NCBI GenBank assembly: GCA_002189035.1
Contig: NEEC01000017.1
Location: 2,170,001-2,234,000 of the forward strand
DNA: 64,000 bases
Source of the DNA: Utricularia gibba
Lineage: Eukaryota > Plantae > Magnoliophyta
Reading direction: 5' to 3'
This document shows, piece after piece, positions 19,201-33,579 of this stretch; within the stretch, counting starts at the first letter, position 1, and each line of letters opens with the position of its first letter. Below the pieces are notes generated by a model. It ran no database searches, was not told the origin of the DNA, and saw nothing but the letters and a program-made list of their open reading frames with translations. A program made the position numbers and the translations under genes.

Positions 19201-21945
19201 TTGCACCATTAATATCCATAGAATTAACAGAAAAGTACCCCAACTGTTGAGAAGTAAACAAGCACAGCTACTTTAAGCCAGTTTAGATGCATCCTCAAAC
19301 TAATTCCTCTACTCAAATAGAATATCGCACCTTCAGCCATCACTTGAGTAATTATTTCATCCTTTTCCTTCAGAAGGGCAGCCGCATCACTCTTTTTGTT
19401 CTGCTCTCTACGAAGTGTGTCTCTTTCCTTGGTAAGAGCATACACCTGAAATGTTGCAGTCATCACTATCACTTAGATTAAAATAAGGCACTCTAGGTGA
19501 CGCATGAAAATAATTAACAATAGCCAAATAAAAATACATATTAAAACTACATAAAAGAAAGTAAACCAGACCAAGTACCAAAATATAGATTACCTTCCTC
19601 TCAAGTGCAGCAACCTTTTGATTGAACTCCTCACGTAGAGATTCAATATCAGCTTCGGTTGTTTTCTTCTGGAAATCAATAATACTAGTTGCAAAAATGT
19701 GCACACTGGAAATCCAAAGTAATATCACATGCATATACAGATTTATCTTCCATTCAATCATATAAAGAAAAAAAAACTTGATTTCATAAACTTACAAACA
19801 AGACATTTACCGTTCAACAAAGAGAATCAAATACGAAGTCTAATGGGGTTGCATTAAAAAATGAGAAGACATGTAAGAAAAAGAATAGTAATACATAAAT
19901 CCCCTGCATTAAAATTAATCTCACTTTCTAGATAACACTGAATATCAATGTCAGTAACCAATTTCAAATGCTTTGTGTAAGGAAACATGACCTAAAATAC
20001 CAAAATGACAAGTAAAACACAGTTAACAGAATAACAGTGTGAACTGACCCTCAAATCATCAATCGTGGATTTAAACTGCTCGTTTTCATTCATAAGCTTT
20101 GCAATTTCATCAGCCTTGGCCTGGGTCAAGAAGACAATAAGGTTTGATTAACAGTTCCAGTGCATCAAACGCCTTGATAAATTTCTGTAACAGCTCAATA
20201 CAGATGTACTATGAAAATGTGTTTAAAACTTTAGAAAGACACCACGTCAACTCATCAATTCAAAAAAAACTTAAAAGGAAGGGTGGCAAATGAAAACCAA
20301 ATGGATCATCTTTCATGTTTTGCAGCTGTCTCAGAAGGGAATACCTTTTAATAACATTTCAGCCCTCTCAGAAGGAAATGTAGCACTAAAGATATGGGCC
20401 TTATTTTTCTCTTGTGATAAAATACATAGGAAAATTTCTATGACAAAATATTCAGAGTTTAAATAACATGCATGATTTTCAAAATTAAGTAAATAGTAAT
20501 CTTCCTCAATTTACCAAGTGCAGTCATATTAGCACTGTATAGTGCCGTTTCCCTCACAATTGAGCCTGCGTGGATGGAGAAATTAGCATAAATTCAATGA
20601 ATATGTACCTGAGCTTGTCTGGCTGCCCCCTGTAGTGCAGTTTCCATCATTTTCATTTCCTTCCTCAGTTTATCAAGTTCAGCCACAGAATCTGCATTAG
20701 ATGTGTGGCTTCCAGCACTTGCGCACTTGTCCCCAATGTTACTGCCTTCCTCCAGATATTGTTTTGTTTCTAGTGTGCCAGCTAAGGTATCAGATGGAGG
20801 CATCGTAGATGCTGCTTCTCCAGGTTCCACAACATTACTTTGCAAGTCAGGTAACATTTCAGAAGCAATATCCTTATGAGCCATGCCTTCATACTGGGTA
20901 TCTGGAGCAGATGAAGCTATGCTTCGTTCAGGAGCTTCAGGTGACTCTTCATGAGCTGGAAAAACTTCTTTGCAACTCTCCTTCTCAGCATTTTTAACTT
21001 CCAAGTTATCTGAAACAGTAGTAGAACCATCCATTTCCAATCTAGACTTACCAGGTTCCCCAGTAACGGATTCAGGTTCCACGAATTCCAAATTCCTTGG
21101 AGATACTTCCTCTGATCTTTTATCATAAGGATTGTTTTCTATAGATTCAGGCTGTTTTGGCTCTAGTAGTGGAGCATGCACTTCTGGTAGATCCTTGTCA
21201 AGAAGATTAGAAGGTTGCAATTTGATACCATCATCTTTTTGTTCGCTCTCATTAATCGAAATTAAGCTTGATACACCAGTCGCTCCACTTCCGTCTGTTG
21301 CAGAGTTATCCCCTGAATCATCACCAATTTCTTTTATGGCTTCTTCCTTTGCTACAGCAACACTTTCAATTTTCTCATTCTCGGGCTTTTCAACTGTGAG
21401 TGGAGATGAAGGTCTTGAGACGCTACCTTTTCCTGCAGTTTCAACACTTTCCCCACCTTTCTGCGCCATGAGGCCCATAATGGGCTCAAACAACACCTTA
21501 CTATCTGTTGAAGGCCATAATCCAGATGATGCTGCATTGAGATTAAACATACATCATTGTATGATCATAAGCCTACAGTACATACTTATTCCCACTTGGA
21601 TTGCAGTGCGACCCAAAGATACAGGAGGCAAATTTCTGAATGATGCAATAACATTCCAATATTTCTTTATCCCGAAAATGAAAAAAAAAAAAAAAAACAT
21701 ACATTATGTGATGAATGGCAGCCATTCACCGCCACAGAAGGCAAAATAAACCCAAAACTCCAAAAAGAGATAACCAATAATTTCATACCTTCATCGTCGC
21801 TAGCAACAGCATCTGACTTCTCCTCGAGTCCAAGAGCATTATCGAAGGTCTTCTCAATGTTCTTGACACTTTCACTGAATTTACTCACTGCCCCAGAAAG
21901 ATCAGGAAAGTTCCCGAGTGATACCTTCCCGCTAAACCACGCCAT
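16278..21945 (-). CDS. GC5: Golgin candidate 5 / TMF-like coiled-coil golgin, multi-exon
   Basis: N-terminus MAWFSGKVSLGNFPDLSGAVSKFSESVKNIEKTFDNALG, long acidic exon, coiled coils (YALTKERDTLRREQ, LSKKQAAQEAQMRKLRAQ), and C-terminal TMF-type LELMGERDEELEELR...MYKEQV. Stop TGA at 16278-16280. Confidence 0.93.
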
Positions 21946-22667
21946 ATTTTGAATCCAGAAACTTGATACAACATCAAATCAGCAATACCCACCAAAAGAA
22001 CCTGTCGCGTCAGAGTGGGGCGGGGCAGAAAAAAAAAAAAAAAAACTCATCAAAACCCAAGATCCACAAACCAGGAGATAGAAATTCTCCTTGATCCTGC
22101 TAATAGTATGCAAGAATCGCATGAATGATAAAACAAGCAATGCCGCATTCAAGTACTCGGGGGCAAAAGAAGACTAGAATAGAAGTGCGATATCATAAAC
22201 GTCAAACCTCCGATCGTCTGATCCAAAAGGGCAGGGCTACTCACACAGATCAAACTGAAAACTGGCACTAGCAATCCCGTCAAAGGACCAAATTACCAAC
22301 GTAGGCAAGAAATTCTGCGTACGGTGACCGAGCTTCTGCAGTGATCTGTCGTTGAATCCATCCGCAAAACCCTTTTATATTAACTTAAAAAGCATATATT
22401 AATCTTTTGTTAAAAGTATGGTACTTGAACATTTTAAATTACTAATATTTAAAAAAGTGTATCTTGAATAAAAATTATTAATTAATTAATTATCATTTAA
22501 AATATATCAATAAAAGCGTTATATTATTCCCCTTTCTATGCCATGGTTGCACCATTTCTATCACGCATGTGCAACTCCACAGTACAAAGAGGCTTGGAAA
22601 GGAGCCAAATCATAGAAGAGTACAGAGCTGCAATACACAAACAAGTGGAAAAAGAAGCTTCAGCCTT

Positions 22668-24175
22668 CAAGAGCTTCTACCCCAGAATATCAGACAAGGA
22701 CTTTCTGATCGCCACAAAGAGTTCTTCCCTGTATTCATTCCCACACAAGGCAACAATCAGTGTGATTCTAACTACACAGGTATTCGTTGTCCGGGAGTAA
22801 TCTTACCGGTTGGGCTTGAACAGGAGGTATCGATATGTAAACCACTGGCACAATCACAACAAAGGCTTCACATTAGAACGGTGAAGCTACTACTGTAGAA
22901 AAGGGGGAAAATGGATTCCAACTTACTGTAGAAAACAGTAATCCGATGAATTCGAACACATTAGGCACGATGGGAAGTTTGTCAATGGCCTGATGTAGGC
23001 AATGAGCTTGTTAGAAAGGTATTCCATCTGAGACTTATTGAAGAGTAAACAAGCTATGGTGAATTGAAGCCTTAATGGTCGCTTCTCAATGGAAGCTGTG
23101 TCCCTCGGCTATCAGAAGCTGTGCCTTTGTCATATATATATATGGTAAAGAAGCAGCAAAGTGTATAGGGAAGAAATGGATTACCAACGTCAGATTTACT
23201 GATGCCCACAAGGCCACTATACTTGAGAAACTTAAGCCAATAAGCGCAATGCGATCTTCAGATTTATCCCACTACAAAAAGAAAGACCGAACATGGGAGA
23301 ATGGATAAACAACAGCAGCACAGTTTGAACAAAATGGATTCAAATGCATCTGCTTGAGGAAGCAAGGACTCACAACATTTTGCACTGACTTAACAATTGA
23401 GGAAGTTTCAGAGCTTTCACCTGCTGCCTTTGCAATAATACTGTCCAAACGGGGCCCTACAAAAGCAGGATACTCGAAACATGAATATGTGGAAATATAA
23501 GGAAAAGACATGCCCAAGGTACTCTATAATAAACAGCTTCCATAGATGAATATTCATATAGCCAACTGCATGCTAGTCGACCTTTTCTGAAACATCATGT
23601 CTATCCTCATATTCCAACACACAGATGTGAAACTACATTTAAAAACTTGTGCTACAAGACAAATCCATGAATGCTCTACTAACTAAAATTTACATCAGTT
23701 AAAAATGCCCTGAAATACGGCAGGGAGTGAAATGAATCTGTGCGACATACTTTCTCTGTACGAGTAAGGCTCAAAAGCACAATACAAATTTGATCAATAA
23801 TCCCTCAGGAGAACAAAGCCGAGTTCATATCTCTCTAATTCTTGCAAGAAGTTCAGAGCTCCTATCACTTGACACCCAACTTTTCTCCCCTTATTCTCTC
23901 AAAAAAATTTATTCACCCATAAAAGGAAACAAACTCGTAAATTTTTCCTAACAAGCACTACTACAGCTACTTCGCTGATTCAATATCCAAACTTTCGGTT
24001 CACTTACAAAAAAGAAAAAAAAAACAAGAAGAATAGAAAGCTATTTAGGATTTCAAATTTAAAGCTAAAAACGTACTAGCCGTGGGTACTTTGAACTTAA
24101 GAACAGGCCCTGAATGCGTACTCCGTTGACCGCCGTGGGTGGAGGAGGAAGCAGCCTAGCCACCACTGAAGCCAT
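22668..24175 (-). CDS. CURT1C: CURVATURE THYLAKOID 1C (CAAD domain), 6 exons; exon 1 phase conflict
   Basis: Exons encode AKAAGESSETS...KSVQNV|WDKSEDRIALIGLSF...WASVNL|AIDKLPIVPNVFEFIGLLFST|WFTYRYLLFKPNR|EELFVAIRKSLSDILG. Not visible as one ORF in the supplied track. Confidence 0.9.
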
Positions 24176-24863
24176 GTGAATCTCCTGGGGTAGTGTATAA
24201 CTCACTCCTGCAAACCCCAAAATGGAAACGAATCCGATCTACTTAGCAGATCCCCTCCCACGGGAGAGAACAACCCAACTCGCTCTTGAACCACAGAAAC
24301 AGAGAGACCTAATCGATTCTTCCCTGGCAGTTTACCGTTAGTTTGCTATAATGATTTCTTTAAAAAAAAACACAAGTCTTGAACAAAGATGCAGACTTGG
24401 GTGGTCCGGAGCGGCCCATCTGGTAAACCGGCTCGGCCCATTACATCCATGCTTCGTGGCCTGTACAGAAAATGAGCTGGAGTCGGATCCGGCATCTACA
24501 GGCCCATAGTCCATTTTACTTAATTGAAATTAAAATTTTTAATTTAATGCTATAATTCGACAGCATATTCCTTATTTCCTAGGTAATTGATTATGGAGCA
24601 CATTTGGAAAATTTCATTAAATTGCATATTCATAATATATCATATTCTTCATTAAACAATATATAATACTTTCATTAATTTCATTCAAGATAGAATAAAT
24701 CTAATCATATATTATTAAATACAAAATTCGAAATTTGACATTTGGAATAACTAAAAATATCAAACTCTTATTATCATTTTTTTTAAAAAAAAAAAGACAT
24801 GATGATGGTCATGCATATAGTGTCGTAGAGGAACCCCTCCAGCAGTAGCAACATCCCTCTTGC

Positions 24864-25109
24864 TTACTCCTTCCCGACGGTTCCGGGACAAAAAGGCGGC
24901 GACCAACGGTCGGCGGCGACGATGCCGTTATTGTCTCCCGGCTGTGGATTCTGGTTATGGCAGTTGCTGGGAGCAGAACCGGGAATGGGCCCTTTAATCA
25001 AAGACCTCCTGAAGCCGATCTGGTCTGGAGCCATTCTGGCTTCCAGGGGTAGAGAGACCCACAGAAGGATGAGCGCCAGAGAAGCCAGAAAAGCACGAGA
25101 CGCAGCCAT
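24864..25109 (-). CDS. Small secreted peptide precursor, 81 aa, two Cys (CTNIP/SCREW- or PIPL-like)
   Basis: Hydrophobic signal peptide MAASRAFLASLALILLWVSLPLEA-R, then KGPIPGSAPSNC...PPFCP. Intronless, with a TATA-like element ~30 nt upstream. Confidence 0.75.
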   Translation of the reverse strand: MAASRAFLASLALILLWVSLPLEARMAPDQIGFRRSLIKGPIPGSAPSNCHNQNPQPGDNNGIVAADRWSPPFCPGTVGKE

Positions 25110-25750
25110 GCTCACTGCTACAAGCCTCCCTGAATCGTATATAAAGAGAGAGCTGGGAGTCCACAGTTTGCTTCTTAGCATCCAGAAATAGTAATTTTTG
25201 TAAATTCTGGATCCTAGTGTATTTTTATTGTGTGATTTAAATTACTTAGAATAGAATGGAACTTATTAATAAAATATATTTTCAGATTCGTCATTGTATT
25301 TAATTCAAATTACAAGTTTTAATTTAATTCAATCGAAGATGATTAATCCATAGGATAGTATATGATAGCTTCATCAAACAATATAGAGTATTTTATTTAT
25401 ATAGTGTATGTTAATTTTCCTAAGTTGACTATTTTATGGTACGTGTAATTTCTCTTTATTTATTTAATAAAATCGCTTTTCACCAATCGTATCTTCTACA
25501 TTTATTCACGTGCTCATATACTATTAGTCATAGTGTATGTTGATTTTCCAGAATTTTAATTGAATTAAAACTATTGAATCAATAATTTTAAAATACTGAA
25601 TACAATGGGAATAATTTTCAGTACTAATAATCAAACTCTTATTATTTTTTATTTTTAATAAACGAGATGATGCTGCTCAAGCAAATAGTATCCATAAGGA
25701 ACATTCCCCGCCGTTCACGATGCACACTCCGGCAACATCCTCCCTCCTGC

Positions 25751-25952
25751 TTACTTCTTCCCGGCGTTTTCGGGACACAGAGGCGGCGGCAGCGGACGGA
25801 TTTGGGGGCCCGGCCGTTGTGGTGTCCCGGATGTGGATGGCCCAAGCACTGGGAGCTGTAGTCGTCGTCTGGAACCATTCTGGCCTCGAGGGTGGAGAGA
25901 GGCACAGGAGGATGAGCACCAGAGCAGCCAGAAACGCACGGGAGGCGGCCAT
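25751..25952 (-). CDS. Paralogous small secreted peptide precursor (67 aa after two +1 corrections), or a pseudogene
   Basis: Signal peptide closely resembles the neighbour's (MAASRAFLAALVLILLCLSPP-LEAR); PHPGHHNG aligns with PQPGDNNG and PPLCPENAGKK* with PPFCPGTVGKE*. The frame is broken at G runs 25890-25892 and 25804-25808. Confidence 0.65.
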
Positions 25953-27460
25953 GCTCCACCGCTAAATATCTGTCAAAAGACTCCGCGATTTGTATATAAA
26001 GAGAGAGCTGGGAGTGCACTATTTGCTTCTTCAAACTCAGAAATGGTAATTTGGATAAATTAAGTGCGGATGGCTGTGTTTTTGGATGAATTAGAAATAT
26101 TGTTATGTGTCACGTATAATGAGAAAATTGGTTACCTATATTACAATTTTGTTAACTTAATGTGTAAAAGAATACATAATTGATATAATCCGTATATTTT
26201 TATTCATGATGTAAAATAAAATTAACTTTCATATTAGAATTAATTTTGAGATTGTAAAATTATTTTATGAAAGATGGATTTATGCTATATATTTAGTAGG
26301 TTAAATTATGAAAAGTAACAAATTACTTTTTTTTTTCCATTAACGAATCCCAATAATTTTATTGCATGCACAAAATGAATATGAAAATCAAAATAATTTG
26401 AAATAATAAATTGATGAAATGTAAAAATATAAAAATATTGTTAAGGTGTGTAAAATTGAATTATAATTTTTAATTAAATATGTATTTAAAAAATTGAATA
26501 TTTGTAAATTTAATGTCAAAATTTAAATTTTTTATTTGACTATCAAATATATAAAAATTAGATAAAATCAATTTAAATTCAAATAAGAGGCAAACCTCAT
26601 TGGCTTCTCCCTCACTATGAAAGCTAGAGGGATCGGAGGATTCAGCGAGCTACCGTCGACGTGTCGATCGATGTTCTACATGTCGTTCCGACGATCGTGT
26701 TTGTAGCGACTGCCGCCTGTTCTTCAGGTGCATCGGCTTTCTTTCTTTTCTTCTTCCTCTTCCTGTTCGACGAAATGCCGGATCCATCCTGAATTTTAAA
26801 GAAGAAGCTTCCCGAGGAAGCAAGGCTACACAGATGGGGAAATGAAAGGAACGGAACATGTTTGTACTGTTTTGGGGATTGTGTGATGTTAATTCTGGGT
26901 GGTATTAGTGTAACTAGGCATTCAAGGCAACAAGCGCTGTATCAGAAGCGAAACGGCATGCGCCACCACGTGAAACGACAAAACATTCAACAAAAGGAAA
27001 CATGTTGGGCCCACACATCCATGGAGGATCTCCTGGGTTCATTCAAATTTCAAAATTACCGTTTCATTGGCATTTTAAATTTCAATGATTTCTGTTAATC
27101 TCATCTTCCACGGGCAATTCCTTCATTTTGTTTTTGGGATTTTCTTCTTTCAATCCGTTGGTTATTGCTTTTTGCTCCACTCTCCGTCGGCTCCATGGTT
27201 GTGAAAACGACTCGTATCCTGAAGTTAAAGCTTCTTTCGACAGTTGCTTCCCGTTTGTTCCTGGAATCAACCCGCATAGTTTCTTGCTGTTCTCAATGAA
27301 AAAGATTGTTTCTTCGCCCTTTTTTAAATCGATTTCGAGTTAATCGCTCCACAGGGAAATTGGCTTGGCAGATCAGGGATAGTTTTTTAATTTTTTTTGT
27401 AAAAAAACTTGTCTTTCATCAGCACAGTTTGTGTTTCCCTTCTGGGTGGTTGGCGAGTCA

Positions 27461-30573
<3,113 letters not shown>

Positions 30574-30816
30574 TACTAACTGTTACAGGAACAAAGCAAA
30601 GAGCATCGTGGTCTTTGCCTAAACACACATGTGCCATGTTTAAATCACATACTGTTTGTTGGTTTGAGTCATGAACAGGAGATTGTACTGCTTCTCCATG
30701 AGTTGGAAACTGTCATTCTATCATGATTCTAAGTACAGGTTTCGGATGGAAGGCTACCGGAGCATCGCCGGTTGTTGATCGGATCAACAAACCCGGTTTC
30801 AGATGACTGAAAAAAA

Positions 30817-31798
30817 TCAATCTTTGGCATTGAAATGGTTGCCATTGTTGTTGTTGAACAAGCATCTTAGAGCTGTTTCGTAGCCTGTGAAAATGGCGCC
30901 GTTGACGACGAAGGCTCTGGCAACCGCTGTCCCCATCCCCCGCCACAGGACACTGTGCCCCTCTTCTTTCACGCTTCGCCGGAAACAATCAACGATGCCG
31001 GAGTACTTGCGCGAATTCGCCTGAATTCTAGTTTTGATCACGTCGAGTGGGTAGCAGCAGATCCAGCTAGCGACTCCGGCGAGTCCTCCAGCTAGAAGCA
31101 TTGTTCGGAAGGATTCTTGGCCGTCTTTTCGGCAACCAGGGTGAAGGGTTTCCCTCATATATTCGTAACTCCAGAAGTACACGCCGTGCGCAGGTGCATC
31201 TCGGAGAACGGTAACCGCTAATCCACGGTATATTCCTGTCACCCCTTCCGATCGGAAGATACTCCTAGCGACGGCGAACGGGCCTCTCAGACGGTCGCCG
31301 GGGGAGGCGATTGTGGTCTGCAACTGGAGGCGGATTTTCACGAGCTCCACGGGGCTGAGGACCAGGCTCTGTATCGCTCCAGTGCTGATCCCGCCCAGAA
31401 CAACGCCTCTGTACGACGGAGGATCGTCCGCCGACGTGGTGTCGTCGATTGCTCGCGACAAAACGGCGTATGTTTGGAATGCGATGGCGTTCTGAAATGT
31501 GAGAAATTCTCAGAATCCGCACGAGAAGAAACAACATTCATTCACCGGAAACAACAATCAAAACCTGGAAAGTCACAGAAGCCAGCGGCGCTGCCATTCC
31601 CCGGTACAGAGAAACCAGACCCTCGGTGGCCAAAACTTGACGGCCAATTGCGAACGCCGACCCACCGGTGGCGAACTGCTGCCGTATTCTCAGAGTATCA
31701 AGAGGGTATCCCGCGATAACCCCGGCACTACCTCCAAATCCACCGGCGAGAAACTCCTTTCCCCAGCTTGTGGCCAGAAACTCCGGCCAGAAATCCAT
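30817..31798 (-). CDS. BAC2: Mitochondrial basic amino acid (arginine) carrier, 2 exons (31798-31565, 31491-30817)
   Basis: MDFWPEFLATSWGKEFLAGG N-terminus is characteristic of BAC2; three carrier signatures (PLDTLRIR, PVELVKIR, PLDVIKTR); 73-nt intron. Confidence 0.93.
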
Positions 31799-32184
31799 CT
31801 CTTTCTTTTTTTCCCACAAACACCTTACAAAAAAATGCACAAAAAGCGATAATCTTTTTTATATATGAATCAATGGGAAAATATTCAGTCCGCGGATCTG
31901 ATTCAGAAAACATGAACCCAAGATTCTAAACATGGGCATTCATTTCCTATGGTTCTAATCTTTTTTAATAAAAAAATTAAATTAATTCTTTTTTCTTTAA
32001 CACATGAAAGTTGAGTTTACGAGGTTGGTATCCCTCGCACAATTACGATATAAAATAAAAAAAAAGATTATTACGAATTATGATTCCAGAATCTTCGTCA
32101 TCATCAGTTAAGCTGACGCTTTGGACTGTCTTTTTTTTTTTTAATAAATCTCTTGGACGTGTCTGTAATAAAAAGTAGGTTTCA

Positions 32185-32192
32185 GACACGTG
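32185..32192 (-). promoter_or_regulatory. ABRE (CACGTGTC) ~390 bp upstream of BAC2
   Basis: Motif seen directly. Function is inferred from the ABRE consensus and my recollection that BAC2 is induced by osmotic stress. Confidence 0.4.
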
Positions 32193-33144
32193 ACGAACTG
32201 AGCAAATTTTTCAGTTCCCAGAAATACCCATCATAGACAATGGTATATTACGGTTTTGCCCTCCCCCGTCCTTGGTTAGCGGGATGGGGATATATACGCC
32301 GCCTGCCCAGGTGGTACGTTAGTTAATTAGGCGACGCAATTTTTGGAAAAAAGACTATAAAAGGTGGTAATTACCTATAAATACCATACTATAAAATAAA
32401 AACTTACCAAAATGGAAACCATAAATTTAATGGCCTCATTATCGGGTTAGGGGCGTATTTGGAATAAATTTTCAATTAGTAAAAAATAATGTTTTTCATT
32501 TTAATATTTTTAATTTAATTAATCAAACACAAGAGCGACGCAGCAACTCGGCTCTTGTTCTTTTCCCTCCATGTCATCCCGCGGGGGTTCGTCGCCTTGT
32601 CCTCTCCAGCCGGCGGCGTCTTTGCGGTTCAATGACCGTTGTTCTCGCCTTCCTCGTCACTTCGCGATCGCGTGCCGGAATCGATCATTTTCATTTTCGC
32701 ACAAAACCTGAAGTATCGCTGGATATAATCCTGGACAAGGATTTGTACTCCATTGAGTATGAATCCTTTATGGTGCCGATTAGGGCTCGGAATCGTCGAA
32801 TCTGGAAACGAGCTAGGGAAAGAGCAAGGCGTGGAGATGCGATTAGGTTGATGAAGTTTGGGAGATTGATGGGAAAATCGCTCTTTCCAGTTTCAGTTTC
32901 ATCATGAAAATGCTGTTTTTTTCCCTCTGCAATCTTGGTGTAATATGCGGAGTTGCCGCCGATGCAGGCGAAGGCGTGAGTGAATAACTAGGAAGTTTTG
33001 AAGTTTTTTATTATTATTTTATTGGATTCGTTTAAAATAAATGTGGGCGCTGGTGAGCCCATTTTTTATTTAATGTTTTAAATGCCCAATGTGTGTTCAC
33101 ACAAGGCCCGAAGAGAAGCAGCAGCCCAGTTAAGGAGGAGATCT

Positions 33145-33157
33145 TTCTAGAACGTTG
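33145..33157 (+). promoter_or_regulatory. Heat-shock element (TTCtaGAAcgTTg) upstream of the Hsp110 gene
   Basis: Near-perfect three-unit nGAAn inverted array ~430 bp upstream of the Hsp70-14/15 ATG. Confidence 0.55.
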
Positions 33158-33579
33158 GTCGATGCGCGATTCTCCTAGATGCATCTGGACCGTTTGACAG
33201 GCTACTTATACCGATTCCAAACCTTCCGTCTCTTGAATGAAACTATCGTGAAGCCCTTGCGTTCTCTCGTCGACACTCAGGTACTGATCAACTGTTTTGG
33301 GATTGGAGCGGTGATTTAGTCTCTTTGAGATCTGATCTTTTGTGGATTTTTTCCTTTGGTGTGTTAATGGATTCGGCTTTTTTTTTTCGTTTGGTTCTTC
33401 GGTGCATTATTTGGTTGGATTTAGATTTGGTTGTTTTGCGGTAGTCTGGCTGGAATCGATGATGCTCTGGATTCGTTTTTGTTTCTCGTCTTTTTGAATT
33501 AGTATTGATGCTTGGGGGTTTAATGCAGGTTGCTGCTTCCTTTGTTGAGTGAGTAGCAGGTGCTGAGTTAACCGGAAGC

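Noticed and set aside
21132-21749. Long antisense ORFs (205 aa here; 240 aa at 47910-48632; 155 aa at 38364-38831 in another frame)
   Set aside because: Shadow or alternative frames of real exons (GC5, MOT2, CENP-C), with no recognisable motifs.
26615-26990. Arg-rich short ORF (MDPAFRRTG..., minus strand) and a CxxC..CxxC-like frame on the plus strand, upstream of kinesin-13B
   Set aside because: No family motif (not DVL, CLE, CEP or IDA), and a purine/pyrimidine tract explains the composition. It could still be a divergent lncRNA, but that is unsupported.
32230-32480. MULE/MITE-like words (ttttgccct ... gggcgtatttgg) upstream of BAC2
   Set aside because: No convincing terminal inverted repeat pair or target-site duplication.
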